From: Camelus dromedarius
Taxonomy: Eukaryota
DNA length: 64,000 nt
Assembly: GCF_036321535.1 (NCBI RefSeq)
Contig: NC_087437.1
Coordinates: forward strand, 89,344,001-89,408,000
Reading direction: 5' to 3'
Position numbers and translations under genes: made by a program
Notes under the pieces: generated by a model
What the model was told of the DNA's origin: nothing
Databases searched by the model: none
Seen by the model: the letters and a program-made list of their open reading frames with translations, nothing else
Shown here: positions 38,029-52,404 of the stretch, one piece after another
Position numbering within the stretch: position 1 is the stretch's first letter
Layout: every line of letters starts with the position of its first letter

Positions 38029-38134
38029 GTATCATTTGCTAGCCAATCGCATGGTGATGTTCCATGGATATTGTGGCAATACTAGGGCAACCTGCAAAGC
38101 CATGTATTAAAAGTTCTGTTCAAAAAAAAGATTA

Positions 38135-38281
38135 GGGGGGAGGGTATAGCTCAGTCGTAGAGTGCACATTTAGCATGCATGAGGTCCTGGGTTCAATCCC
38201 CGGTATCTCTATTAAAATAATACATACATACATACATAATAAACCTAATTACCCCCTTCCCAATTTTTTAAATTAAAAAAA
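38135..38281 (+). mobile_element. tRNA-derived SINE (camelid Vic-1-like)
   Basis: ggggggagggtatagctcagtcgtagag...gaggtcctgggttcaatcccc with an A-rich tail. 14-bp TSD aaaagttctgttca at 38109-38122 and 38282-38295. Confidence 0.9.
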
Positions 38282-38654
38282 AAAAGTTCTGTTCATTTTT
38301 ACAACCTAGAGACTAGGTGGAAATTCACACTTTGTCCCTATCATCTGTATCTTTCACCCAAGAGATCATTGCAGGGAATTATTCTTTCACAAAGCACAAG
38401 GCAATAGAAACCTAGAATGCATGACAGCACAAGAAAGTATAAGAGAAAGGAGATGAGCACTTATCAGACTCACAGTCCCATATATTTTATGTTAATATTA
38501 ATTTACATTTATACAGTTAAACATAATCTATCAAAGCATTTTTATTGGTCATTGGAAATACACAATTATCTCCAAGCCACAGGTTGGTAAATAATACCAT
38601 ATTTATTAAGCCAGCCTTCCTAACACTGTGCCAGTCATATTTCAAGCAAACACT

Positions 38655-39410
38655 GTCAGTGAGTATTCAGTGATCTTCAAGGAACCTGCAAATAAAAGAG
38701 AAAGAATTTCAAGACCAGGAGGGAGTAGGGATAGGGGAACTAGCTTATCCTTGAGAGATCCTGATATAGCCCACAGTAAATCCAGCTATAGGACATGACA
38801 AATTTGAAATAACCAACATCATCACCAATCAGAAGAGATGCAGCATGAATATTCAAACCCAAATACCCCGATCACCAATCACATGTCTTTAAACAAAAGT
38901 GTTTACAATAGAGGCAAGCCAGCAGTTTATCATACCCATTTTTTCTTTTTCCTACGTACATAGCTAGACCACAGTCTTTGAATCATTACTAAATAGGTGA
39001 CTGCAAAGCAAAAATAACTTTTTTTTTTGTAACAGTAGGGGAACAAGAAATAATGTCAATCATGTTTGAGCCACTATACACTTCCCATTGGTTTACAATA
39101 GCTAGAATAACCTTGATTTATACCATAACCCAACTGCACATAGTCATCCAAAGGTCAACCAATGCATCTCATTCTTTCTGAAAAATGATCTTATCATTTC
39201 TCCTCTACCCCCATTATTGGCTTTGTTTCAATGTCTCCCATCTCTTGGGCCCTTAAAATTAACAGGAGAGTTTGGATTCCCGAGTTTAACCTCTGGTGTA
39301 CTCCAAGACAAGGCTTGCATAAAACTTTTCATCTCTGCTGCTGTCTGCTACTGAATACATCGTGTAATGTCTTTACACAGTTCAGTTCTGGGGCCTGGAC
39401 CCTACCAAAT
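38655..39410 (+). mobile_element. Possible ERV solo LTR
   Basis: Repeated ccaatc boxes, a cttaaaa TATA-like site, an aataca poly(A)-like site and a cca end. No TSD confirmed. Confidence 0.3.
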
Positions 39411-39747
39411 ACCGGCCCCTTCACTACTGAGTGCCCTGGCCATTTTGGCTTCATGAAGATACAGATTTTGCCACTGGAAAGTTAGAACAGAAGATGTTGT
39501 GGTTTCTCATTGATAAGTCACTATGCATGACACTGACAGCCAAAAGTCAAAAGCCAGAATTACAAAAGCCAAATTCCAACACCTGCTAGGAAGAAAAAGA
39601 ATGGATAGACTATCACATTTGTCAGTACTCAGATCAAAAACCCTGGCATTTAGAAGTTCAGAAAGTAAAAAATACTAATAATACTCTTGTGAAAAACAAA
39701 GTTTGTATATGAAAACATTACTTAAAATAGTTTTAAATTATGATGTG

Positions 39748-40725
39748 TATATATTTTTTGTATTTTGTTGATTTTCAATATTTGTGTTTCAGGGGTACAG
39801 CAAAACAATTCAGTTATTTTTTAAGAGTATATTCCACTATAGCTTATTTTAAGACTGAATATAATTCCCTGTGCTGTACAATAAATGCTTTTTGTTGATC
39901 TATTTTATGTATAGTAGTTTGTATCTGTTAATCCCATATTCCTAATTTATCCCACTCTCGTCCTTCCCTCTGCTAACTGTAAGTTTTCCATGTCTGTGAG
40001 TCTATTTCTGTTTGTATATAGATTCATTTGTATTATTTTTTAGATTTCACATATAGGTGATATCATACAGTTTTTGTCTTTCTCTAACTTACTTCACTAA
40101 GTATAACATTCTCCAGGTCCATCCATGTTGAGCATCTTTTTATGTACCTGTTGGCCATCTGTATATTTATCTATTTTTGGAAAAATGTCTATTTAGGTCT
40201 TCTGCCCAGCTTTTGATTGGGCTGTTTGTTTTTTCGATACTGAGTTGTATGAGCTGTTTGTATATTTTAGATATTAACCTCCTGTCAGTAGCATTGTTTG
40301 TACTATTTTTCTGCCATTCCATAGGTAGTCTTTTCATTTTTTTTGATAGTTTCCTTTGCTGAATGAAAGCTTTCAAGTTTGATTAGATTCCATTTGTTTA
40401 TTTTTGCTTTGAATTTTTTTTTGCCTGAGAGACTAATCTAAGAAAATACTGCTATGATTTATGTTAGAGTATTTTACTTGTATTCTCCTCATGGAATTTC
40501 ATGGTGTCATGCCTTACATTTAAGTCTTTAAACCATTTTGAGTTTGTTTTTTATATGGTGTGAGGGAATGTTCTAATTTCATTGATTTACCTGTAGCTGT
40601 CCAGCTTTCCCCAAACCACTTGTTGAACAGACTGTCTTTTCTCCATTGCATATTCTTACCTTCGTTGTCTGAGACTAACTGACCCTAGGTGTGTGCATTT
40701 ATTTCTGGGCTCTCTATTCTGTTCT
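39748..40725 (-). mobile_element. 5'-truncated L1 with internal deletion
   Basis: L1 3'UTR followed by ORF2 remnant [12 protein letters not shown]...[11 protein letters not shown] (40167-40376). Confidence 0.88.
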
Positions 40726-42500
40726 GTTGTTTCTTTATTTTGAGAAGCTACTGGCCCAGTTCAAACCAAAAGCCCCTGCTCACTGCTGCAAGACTAGCCC
40801 CAGACGTAACAATTGGATGTAAGTCTGTCAAAGCCTTGGTTAGTGATTACTCAGGAACTGAGAGGACCTGATTCCACAGATTGAGAGATCAGCATCCATA
40901 GGTGAAAATGGCTGGAACAAGTAGGCTGACGATGATTTGGGCTGAATAGCCAATTGAATAAATTTTGTTGCTTGAATAACCAAATTTGTAGTTTATAGTG
41001 CATCAATTATCAATACAGTAGGTGAGGAAAAATCCTTAAAAAATAAATTTATCAATCTTCATTTCAGTGTTTACTGTGTATATCCAGACATTTGGGTCTC
41101 TTCAGTACATTATACAGATTGATGATGTGAAGTACTCTTAGTTGATTTTTTTTTTCTTAAACTAACTGCAGGGGTCATGCTAAGTTCTCTCTTATCACTC
41201 TTTTCTCATTCAATAACCCTCCAGGGAAGAAGATTGCAAGACTTCAGACTTCATTTCTAACAACACATAGAAAACACTCATCTTCTCATTTTGTTTCATT
41301 CGAATACCAATTTCACAAGCTTTTAATTTTCTGGGGTCTGTTTAGTACATTTAAATGCAGATACAGCATAATAGAATTATCATAGCCCAATCTGAGTTAC
41401 TCATTAACAAATAATATTTATCAAGCCTCTTTAAAATAAGTTTGTATCTGCGGTGACCTTGGTCTTTTATGTTTTCTTTCTATTCTAAATTATTACTTCC
41501 AGTCATTCCTCTTTATTGTTACAGGTTTGGAATTGAAAAAAAAACTAGGCTTTTTCAACATTAAAATATCAAAAACACTGCTCTAAATATATATGGTAGA
41601 TACCCAAGTAAAAGCATGCAAAATGTAAAATGCATCTTGTTAACATCTCAAATGTGTTATGCTTTAATATGTTTTCAAAGGCACTTTTAAAAGTGCCACT
41701 GGTAAAAATATAATAAGTAGGAAATGCTCAGTTGAAACTATCAGAGCAAACTGGTCAAAAATGTTGCATAACACTTCAGCAAAAAATTGAATTTCAGCAT
41801 GCAAACCATGATATTTTATACTTCTAGTTATTAATGAGCACACTGATATGCTCAAAGGAAACATTAAATAATTGATATTCAACAACAAAAAAACATTTTA
41901 GCAAAACTGAAAGGCAGCAATTTTTAAATTAGGCCATGGTCATTAAAATTAATACACAGTACTGTATAATTTCTGTTTATCAGTATTATAATCTATTACC
42001 TTTAATTTCTCCCTAACAAAAGGAAGACCTCTGTGCATATATTCTATTTTTTAATTTCAGTCTGATTGAATATTTTTTAAAAATATGGAAGAGTGTAAAC
42101 TTCTCTAACATCCCAAATTAATTCTCCAAAAAGAAAAAACAGGGTATGTAGCTTCCTGTGTATTCTCCTAGATCTTTTCCTATATATAAAATAATGAACT
42201 CTCATACATTTGAGTGTGCACGTTATATTATGTGATCATGCTATAAATCTTATTTTGTGAGGTGATTTTTTTCACTTACTAAAATTGTCTATATGTGTAC
42301 TATGCATTTTTGAGGGTTTTTGTTATTCTATGTTTCAATATGTAATTATTTATTCATTTTCCATTTAATTGCTATTTAAGTTTTTGCTAATGTTTTACTA
42401 TGCCCATCATTCATGCTGCAGTGAATACACTTGAAGGCATTTTTTTCAATTGTGTGTTTTAAGACAAAATTCTTAAATATATCAACTGAATAATATACAC

Positions 42501-45500
42501 CTTTTTATTGAAATATATATGACATAATATTGTATAAACTTAAGGTGTTCAACATATTAATTTGATACATTTATATATTGTATATGATTGCCATTGTGGT
42601 GATAACTAGCACCTCTATCATATCACATAGTAATCATTTCTTTTTAAAAGCCAGGATAATTAAGTTCTAGTTTCTTAGAAAGCTTGGTAATTATAATACA
42701 GTATTGTTGTCTATAGTCACTATACTGTGTATTCAATAGGGCTTATTTACTATTTCTTGCAAATTTGTACCCTTAAACAACATTTCTCCTGTCCCCCCAC
42801 CCGCTGGCTACTACCATTTTACTCTATTTTTACCAGTTGGGCTTTGCTTTATATTTCACATATAAGTGATAACATACAATTCTTGTCTTTCTCTGTCCCC
42901 CCACTTGTCTCACTATTAGAATAATGTGATCAGGGCCCATCCATGTTGTCACAGATGGCAGGATGTCCTTCTTTCTCATGGCTGATAGTACTTACTGTAT
43001 TTATATTACATTTTCTTTATCCATTCACCCTTTGACTAATAGGTGTTTGCATGCCTTGGCTATGGTGAATAGTGCTGCAACAAAAACACGGGAGTGCATA
43101 TATCCCTTCAATATTCTGTTTTCATTTACTCTGGGTGTATACCAAAGATGTGGAATTGCTGGATCACATGGTAGGTTATTATTTTTTTAAGAATCTCCAT
43201 ATTTTTTCCATAGTGGCTGAACTAATTTACATTCTGACCAACAGTGTACAAGGGTTCCATTGTCTCCACATCCTCACCAACACTTGTTATTTCCTATCTT
43301 TTTTGATAATATTCATTCTGACAAATATGAGGTGGTATCTCATTGTGGTTTTGATTTATATTTCCCTGATGATTAGTGATACTGAACACCTTTTCACTTA
43401 ACTGTTGGTTATCTGGATGTCATCTTTGGAGAAGTATCTAACTATTCTGTGTTTTTTTTAATCTGTTTGTATTTTGTTGTTATTGTTGAGTTGTATGAGT
43501 TCCTTATATATTTTGGGTATTAACACTGTATCTGATAATACGGCTTGCAAATATTTTCTCCCATTCTGTAGGATGCCTTTTCAATTGGCTAATTGTCTCT
43601 CTTGCTGTGCTGAAGCTTCTAAGTTTGATATAATCCCATTTGCTGATTTTTGCTTTTGTTGTTTGTGCTTTTGGTGACATATCGAAACTGTCAAGGAACT
43701 TAACTATGTGTTCTTCTAGGAGTTTTATGGTATCTGGTCTCATGTGTAAGTCTTTGATCTGTTAGAATTAATTCGTGTGAGTGGTGTAATATATGGGTCC
43801 AGTTTCACTGTTGTGTGTCTGTTTATCCAGTTTTCTCCATATCATTTGTTGAAGAGACTATTTTTCCCCCATTGGGTGCTCTTGGCTCCCTTGCCCACTA
43901 TTAGTTGACTTTATATACAGGGATTTAATTCTGGCCTCTCTGCTCTGTTCCATTAATTTGCTAGTACACTACTGTTATTATTACTATAGCTTTTTCGTAT
44001 ATTTTGAAATCAAGAAATGTGATTCATCTGGCTTTGTTCTTTCTCATGCTTGCTCTGGCAGTTTTTTGTGACTTTATACAAACTTTAGAATTGTTTTTTC
44101 TATTTCTCTTTCTCTGAACAATGACATTGAAATTTTGATGGGGTTTATGTTGCATCTATAGATGATTTTGGGTTGTAGTATACTCTAACAATATTCTTCT
44201 AATTCATGAATGTGAGATGTCTTCCCATTTTTTTATGTCTTCCACAATTTCTTTCAGCAAGTCTTCTAGTTTTCATTGTACAGATCTTTTACTTCCTTGG
44301 TTAAATTTATTCCTAGGCATTCTTTTCGTTGTTGTTGCTAGTATAAACAGGATAGTTTTCTTTATTTGTTTCAGATGCTTCATTATTAGTGTATGAAAAT
44401 GAAACTGACTTATGTATGTTGATTTTATATCCTGCAACTTTACTGAAATTGATTAGTTCCAACAGTGTTTTGGTGTACTTTTTGGGATATGTATATACAA
44501 AATCATGTCATCTACAAATAGTGACAGTTTCACTTCTTCCTTTCCAATTTGGATGTTGTTTTATTTATTTATTTATTTTCTTTCCTAATTGCTCTAGCTA
44601 GGATTTCCAAAACTATATTGAATAATAGTGGTAGAGTGGGTATTCTTGTCTTGTTCCTGATCTTAAGAGGAAAAGCTTTCAATTTTTCTCCATTAATTAT
44701 AATGTTAGTTGTGGGTTTGTCATATATGACCTTTATTATGTTGAGGTATATTTCTTCCATGCCCAATCTGTTGAGGGTTTTTATAATGAAAGGATGTTGT
44801 ATTTTGTCTAGTGATTTTCTGCATCTAGTGTGATAATCATGTGATTATTTGATATTTGATTTTCATCTTTCATTTTAGAAATTTGATGTACCACATTAAT
44901 TCTTTTGAGTGTACTGACCCATCTTTGCATCCCAGGTATAAATTTCACTTGACCATAGTGTATAATCCTTTTAAAGTGTTTTTGAATTCAGTTTGCTAAA
45001 ATTCTGTTCAGAATTTTTGCTTCTATATTCAGCAGGGATATTGGCCTATAGTTTTCTTTTCTTGTCATGTCCTTATCTGGATAAGACTGACCTTTTAGAA
45101 TGAATTTGGAAGTGTTCCCTCCGTCTTAATTTTTGGGAAGAGTTTGAGAAGAATTGGTGTTAAGTCTTAAATGTTTGATAGAATTTACCAATGAAGCCAT
45201 CTGGTCCTTGGGTTTTCTTTGTTGGGTTTTTTTTTTTTTTTTAATACCAATTCAAACTCTTTACTTGTCATGGTTTGTTCAAATTTTTTATTTCTTCCTG
45301 ACTCAGTCTTGGTAGGTTTTCCGTTTCTAGGAATTTATCTGTTTCTTCTAGGTTATCTAATCTGTTGATAAATAATTGTTCAGTCATCTCTTATGATCCT
45401 ATGTATTTCTATAAAATCAGTTGTAATATCTCCTATTTAATTTCTAACTTTGAGTATTCTTTTTTATTCTTGGTTTAGCTGAAGTTTATAGATATTTAAT

Positions 45501-48500
45501 ATCCTTTCAAAAAATAGCTATACTTTCAGTAATTCTTTCTGTTGTTTTCCTGTTTTGATTTTATGTATTTCCACTTTGATCTTTATTATTTCCTTCTGCT
45601 AACTTTGGACTGAATTTGTCCTTTTTTTTTCTAGGTCCCTGCAGTATAAAGTTCTGGGGTTTTTTGAGTTTTTTAAAAAAATTAATGTAGGCATTTATAT
45701 TTTCCTCTATAAACTGCTTCTGCAGCATCCCATAAGATTTGATATATTTCCATTTTTATTTGCTTTTAGATGTTTTCGTTTCCTTTTGATTTCTTTTTGT
45801 TGATTTGCAGTTTCATATTATGTGGTCAGAAAAGATGGTATGATTTCAATCTTAATTTGCTAAGATTTACTTTGTGTCCTCTCATAGGATCTATCCTGAA
45901 GAATGTTCCATGCTCACTTGAGAATGTTTATTCTGCTGCTGATGGAATATTTTGTATGTGTCCATTAAGTCCATTTGTTCTAAATTGTGGTTCAATTCCA
46001 ATGTTTCATGTGGATTTTTTATGTGAATTATCTATTGTGGACAGGGGTACTGAAGTCCCCTACTATTACCATGTTGTCTATTTTTCCTTTCAGATCTGTT
46101 AGTTTTGCTTAATACATTTAGGTGCTCTAATGTTGAGTGTGTATATTTTCATGATTTAAATCTTCTTGATTTTTTGGTCTCTTTATCAATGAACTTTTAT
46201 GCTCTTGTTACCCTTTTTGGCTTGATGTCTATTTTATCCAATGTAAGTATGGCTATCCCCGCTTTAAAAGAAAAAAATTCTCCTTGCACGACTACCTTCT
46301 GCTGTCTCTTCACTTTGATCCTATTTGTGTCTTTAGAGCTGAAATGAGTGTCCTTAGGCAACGTATTGTTAGGTCTTGCCTTTTTAATCCAGCCAGCCAT
46401 TCTGTGCCTTGTGATTGGTAAATTTAACCCATTTAGAGTGACTGTTGATGTGTAAGGACTTACTAATGCCATCTTATCCTTCCTTTGGGTTGATTTCAAT
46501 CTCCATTGCTTCTTTTTCCCTGTTTTTGACTACCTTTATAAATTGGTATTTTCCATAGTGGTATGCCCTATCTTCCCCATTTTTATGTTTTGTGAATCTC
46601 TTCTAGATTTTTGCTTTGAGGTTACCATGAAGCTCTCTTAAAACAGCTCACAGATAAAACAGTCCATTTTATGCTGATAGCAACTTCTTGTTTGCCCATA
46701 AAGGATTCATACTTATATTCCTCCCCTTTCATATTTTTGATGTCACCATTTGTTTTTTATGCTGGGTATATGTTAACAAATTATAGTAGCTATAGTTATT
46801 TTTAATACTCTTTTCTTTTAAATTTTATACTATAGTTAAGTGGTTAACACACTACTGTAATATAGTTTTCTAATTCTGATTGTTTCTTTTTCACCTGTAC
46901 CAAAGTGTTGTATATTTTGAAATAATTGTGTCATTGGTTAGTGTATTTTTATTTCAGCTTGAAGAACTCCTTTCAGCATTTCTTGCAAGGCAGGTGTAGT
47001 GGTAAACTCCCTCAGCTTTCCATTTGTCTGACAAAGTCTTTACTTCCCCTTCATATCTAAAGGATAACTTTGCCAGATAAAAATTGCTAGCCAAAAAAAC
47101 TTGATCTTTCCACACTTTGAATATGTCATTCTACTCTCTCCTAGTCTGTAGTTTCTACTGAGAAATTTACTGTTAACCCAATGATGGTTCCTTTGTAGAT
47201 TACTTATAACCCCCACCCCAACCCTGGCTGCCTTTGAGTCTGTATCATTGTTTTTTATAGCTTTACTATAATGTGTCTTGGAAAAGGTCTTTTTTGCAAT
47301 GTTTTATAAGCTTCATGGATTGTATGTCAAGTTCCTGTTCCAGGTTTGGAAAGTTCTCAGCTATTATTTTTTAAAATAAACTTTATGCCTTCTTCTCCCT
47401 CTGTTCTTCTGGTGCACTAATTATTTTATATTTGCTTTTCTGGTTGAACTGGATAGCTCTTGCAGGGTTTATTTTTAAAAACCTTAGTTCTCTCTCCACT
47501 TCTAAATTATTTCTATATTCCTACCCTCTGGGTCATTTACTCTTTCTTTCATCTACTCTGCCCTGTTGCCAGTGCTTTCTATGGTATTCTTCATCTTATT
47601 TATTGAATTGTTCAGCTTCAGAATTTGTTTCTTTTGTATAATTTTGATTTCTTTGGTTTAAAAAAATACTTATTTTATTGACTTTAATTTTGAGTTCATT
47701 GAATTGCCTGAGTTTTCTTGTAGTTCATTGGATTTCTTCACAATAGCTATTTCAAATTCTTTATCAGATCACACTATTCCATTCCACTTCTGATGAATAT
47801 AATTTTCTTTTTGTGATTCCATATCTCCTTGATTTTTTTCATAGTATTTGAATATATGCAATTCTGCTTTCACATTTGAAACAGAAGACACCCTTTTCAA
47901 TTAAGGTAATATTTTTTTAATTGAAGGATATTTAATTTACAAAATAAGTTACAGGTATACAATATAGTGACTCAATTATTAGAGATTCTACTCCATTTAT
48001 AGATATAAAATATTGGCTATATTACCTGTGTTGTATAAAGCACACTTGTAGCTTACTTAAAACATAAAGTTCTACCTCTTAATCCCCTATCTCTACATTG
48101 CCCTCCTCCCTTCCCTCTCCCCACTGGTAACCATTAATTTGTACTCTATATTTGTGGGTTTTCTTTGTTTAATTCACTATTTTGTGTTTTACACATTGCA
48201 TATATAAGTGAAATCATCCAGTATTTCTTTCTCTGTCTGACTTACTTCACTTAGCATAATACCGTCCAAGTCCATCCAAGTTGGATGATGCAAATGGCAA
48301 AATTTCATTCTTTTATAGGGCTGAGTAGTATTATACATTATATATATATTATTCATTATATATATGTATGTATATATACCACATCTTATTTATCCAGTCA
48401 TCTGTTGATGGACACTTAGGTTGTTTCCATATCTTGGCTATTGTAAATAGTGCTGCCATGAACATTGAGGTGCATGTACCTTTTTGAATTAGTCTTTCTG

Positions 48501-50280
48501 TTGTTTTTGGGTATACACTCAGGGCTGGAACTGCTGGGTCATATTATTGAAAAGCCTCCATACTGTTTTCCACAGTAGCTACACCAATTTACATTCCAAC
48601 CAACAATGTACAAGGCTTCCTTTTTCTCCACATCCTCACAAGTATTTTTGTCTTATTTTCATGTACCTATTTGCCATCTCCATTTCCTCTTTGTGAAAAT
48701 GTCTGTTCAGTTGAGTTGTCTTTTCATTTTGTCTATAGTTTCTTTTGCTGTGCAAAAGGTTTTATGTTTAATTAGGTCCCATTTGTGTATTTTTCCTTTT
48801 ATTTCCTTTGCTTTAGGAGATGCATCCAAAAAAATACTGCTATGAATTATGTCAAAGAGTGTTCTGCCTGGGTTTCCCCCTAAAAGTTTTATGGTATCTG
48901 GTCTTATATTTGGGTTTTTAATCCATTTTTAATTTATTTTTGTATATGGTGGTAGAGTGTAGTCTATTCTAATTTCATTCTTTCACATGTAGCTGTTCAG
49001 TTTTGCCAGCTTCAATTACTGAAGAGACTGTCTTTTTCTCCATTGTATATTCTTGCCTTTTTTTTGTAGCTGAATTGACCGTAAGTGCATGAGTTTACTT
49101 CTGGGTGCCCTATCCACTGAGCTGTGTGTTTTTGTGTCAGTACCATTCTGTTTAGATTACTGTAGCTTTATAGTCTGAAATCAGGGAGCACGATTCCTCC
49201 AGCTCAGTTCTTCTTTCTCAAGATTATTTTGTTGGAGTCTTTTACGTTTCCATACAATTTTTAAAATTATTTGTTGTAGTTCTGTTAAAAAAAAAAAAGT
49301 TATTGGTATTTTGGTAGGGATTGCATTGACCTGTATAGACTGCCTTGGGTAGTATGGCCATTTTAACAACATTAGTTCTTCCAATCCAAGAACATGGTGT
49401 ATCTTTCCATATGTTTGTGTCACCATCAGTTTCTTTCATCAGTGTCTTAACAGTTTTCCAAGTTCCAGTTTATTTTTAGTTTGGATATTACAATTGAGTA
49501 AACTATAAGAATAATCCCTTTTGTATTCTATAAGTAGCACTACAGCTGATTTGTCTAGCCAGACCTGGCTCCCATGGATGCTCTCAGAATGTGCACAAGT
49601 TGCTGGCAGCGGAGTAGGGAGACGTAGGCTTAGCAATTAAGGATTTGGTGGTACCCACAGCTAGTGGGGCACACCCAGAGGTCTCTGGCTGGACCTCCTG
49701 CTGAGGTATTAAAGCAGACAGCAGGAAACTTATTCCTTCAATACTCTTTGATATTCTTGTCAGCCTGCTTCCCTTTTCTCTTCTTCCACCCAGTCACAGA
49801 GATCCTGCCAGAGAAGTCTGGGTGCTGCTTTCCATCTCTTTTGCCAAAGAGGTCACCACTGATGCCCCCAGAAGTCCAGCACCTTGCAGTGTAACCCGGT
49901 ACAGGGGCTGCCTTTAGTGAATTTGTCTCTCTCCTCTGCCCCACATTAAATGCATGATGGCAGGCAGATTCTCTCATCACACAGGATGGCCCTCCACAAA
50001 TTCTCTATTGTATATAGGCATCCACCCTGTCTTATATTCTCCCAGTTCCTTCTCCCCTCTGATTGATAGCATCAAAACAGTGACTACGGGTGGAGCAGGC
50101 TCATTGACTCCCTTGGATCTGCCCACTGTTGGATGCACATGTGGGTAGAAACCTCCCAGGGGTGCTGTTTTATAGTGTGCACAGGCACTTGTGTTTGGTT
50201 ATGGATGCCCAATTAGTTTATTAAAGGGGAGAAAAATGACTTTTGCCACCATAATGCAATAATGCTAATGGTCACTCTCC
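42501..50280 (-). mobile_element. Full-span decayed LINE-1 (copy C) inserted into an older L1M fragment, with a nested L1
   Basis: Perfect 12-bp TSD aataatatacac at 42489-42500 and 50281-50292. ORF2 remnants include [21 protein letters not shown] (44569-44766) and TLNGLNLPITRHR (46197-46499). ORF1 remnant ~46960-47800, 5'UTR ~49470-50280 starting ggagagtgac. Confidence 0.9.
47910..49462 (-). mobile_element. Nested 5'-truncated L1 (ORF2 3' part plus 3'UTR) within copy C
   Basis: A new L1 3' end (ttttttaattgaagga...) interrupts copy C near its ORF1/5'UTR boundary. ORF2 remnant WKDTPCSWIGRTNVVKMAILPKA (49242-49439). Confidence 0.82.
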
Positions 50281-52102
50281 AATAATATACACATTTCAAA
50301 TTGTGATAGGCACTTCCAAGTTGCATTTCCCAAAGCCTGAACTCAACTGAAAACAGTATATAATGATATCTTCTCTGTTAGGTATGATAAACATTTTCCT
50401 TGTGTCTGTTAATCATTTGTATTTGCTGATTTAATTTGCCTATTTGTTTCTTGAATTATGTGTTCAAAGGATTAACCCTTTGTCACAAATATTTTCTCAC
50501 ATTTGATCAATTTTAACTTTGCTAATTGTATATTTTGCAATCAAGAAATTTTCCTTCTATATACTCATCTTTATTATCCTCTGGTAAACAGATTTTTAGC
50601 TCATCACTGCATCTTTTTACTTTAATTCTGACTACGTACTGCCTCAAAGTCTTACAGTTTCAATCCAAACGATAAGCAAACACGTGTCATTTATATAGTG
50701 TCTTTGGTACTCTCTTTGGGCTTCAGTTTCTCCACCTATAAAATAAGTGACTAACACTTGCATGAGCTAAATGTCCTTTCTATTTCTGACATCTTAGCCA
50801 TCTATACACAAGAAATATGTTCTGTTAAGAGAAATGATACAAGTAACAATATAGTAGAGAATCTTAATGGTCAAGGAAGACTAAAGAAAGATAATATTCA
50901 AATAGAAAAACCAATGTGGATTTGTGATCATAAAAATAATTTTCCAGCTCCCATTAACCAAATAGCACATCAATTTTCATTTCTAATATTTTTTCAGTCA
51001 GTCAAAAAAAAAAAAAAACCCCAGACATGCTTAATATCTGTATTTATCACTAGTTGAGTAACCTGGAAGGGGAGCAGGCTAAAAAATGCTGCTCTAGTCT
51101 CCTTTGGAGTAACGAAAGTTCTGATGGAGACTTCTTGGAAGGATGTACTAATTAGGGGGGGAAATTGCACAGCCCCTGTGATGTAGTTTGAAAGTTTGCA
51201 CACAGATACAAGATGAGTATTCATGAAGAAAACTTCAGAAAAAGGAAACAAGTTTAAGAACTGTATGCATCCATAAAGTTCCCTTCTGGAACAACTCAGC
51301 ACATTGATGCTATGTATGAACATGAGGGACAATCCAAAAAAGGAAAGAAAGCCTACCCACCCCCAACCTATGCTTTTTAGAGGTTCTTTTTAAGTCACAG
51401 CATTGATTGCATCTGTAGGGAACTTCAGCTTAAGGGGTGGCCAAAGGAAGACTAGATGATAAACAGTAAGTCAAAGCAAGAATTGTAACATGTCTGATTC
51501 AGGAATGATCACCTAGTCTCTCAAATATATGAGAAGGAGATGGCTTTAAGAATGAATCTTCTAAGTTACACTCAACATCAAAATATATTTGTAATTACGT
51601 TATAAAGTAAATTATATTTCAAGTTTTTTGAAATAAAATTATGATCAATTAAGTACATACTCACTTCCCTATCTGTCTAGCACTGCTGATGTAGAATCTC
51701 CTGTTTCTTGGACCTTACACTTTAAAGGAGGAGAAATACATAAAAGTTAGTTAATAAATCAATTAACACTCAAAATAAGTTCAGAAAGTGATAATCACTG
51801 AGGAGAGTAGCTGGTACAAGGTGAGACAGAGACACAGGTAATGGAACAGAGGAGAAGGAAAGGTCTTAGAGAGTGATACTTGATAGGAGACATGAAAGGA
51901 GAAGGGACAATAAGGGGACAAAGGAAGATTGTCTCAGGCAGAAGGGAACAAATACTCCAAGAGCCTTAAGCAGGAATGAATTTATCAAATTCAACAGAGA
52001 GGAAATAAGGAGTGTGTGTGTTGGGGGCTCTAGTGCAGTGAAAAACAGAGAAGTACAAAAGGAGGGTGAAGAGTAGATTGGTAGTTAAATGATGATGTAA
52101 AG

Positions 52103-52295
52103 CAGTGGTTATCAAACTTAAGCAAGCCTGGAGAACTTGTAAGAAACAAAAACCATAACAAACCAGATTGCCAACATCCTATTTTAGGTCTTCTAATTCA
52201 GGAGGTCTGATACGGGGCCTCAGATTTTCATTCTTAGTGAGTTACCAGGTGAGGCTGATGCTTCTGGTTCCTGAACTAACAATGTAGATCTCTGA
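52103..52295. mobile_element. MER5A-like hAT-Charlie MITE
   Basis: cagtggttatcaaactt...ttctaattcaggaggtctg...ggggcct...ccaggtgaggctgatgcttctggttcc. Confidence 0.7.
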
Positions 52296-52404
52296 ATAAA
52301 AGACAAGAAATTTGGATCAACTGTACTGTTCCTAAGTATAATGAAAAGTCATTAGGGAATTTGAAGCAATTGACTGGAGGTAGGGAGCAAAGAATGAAAA
52401 CACA

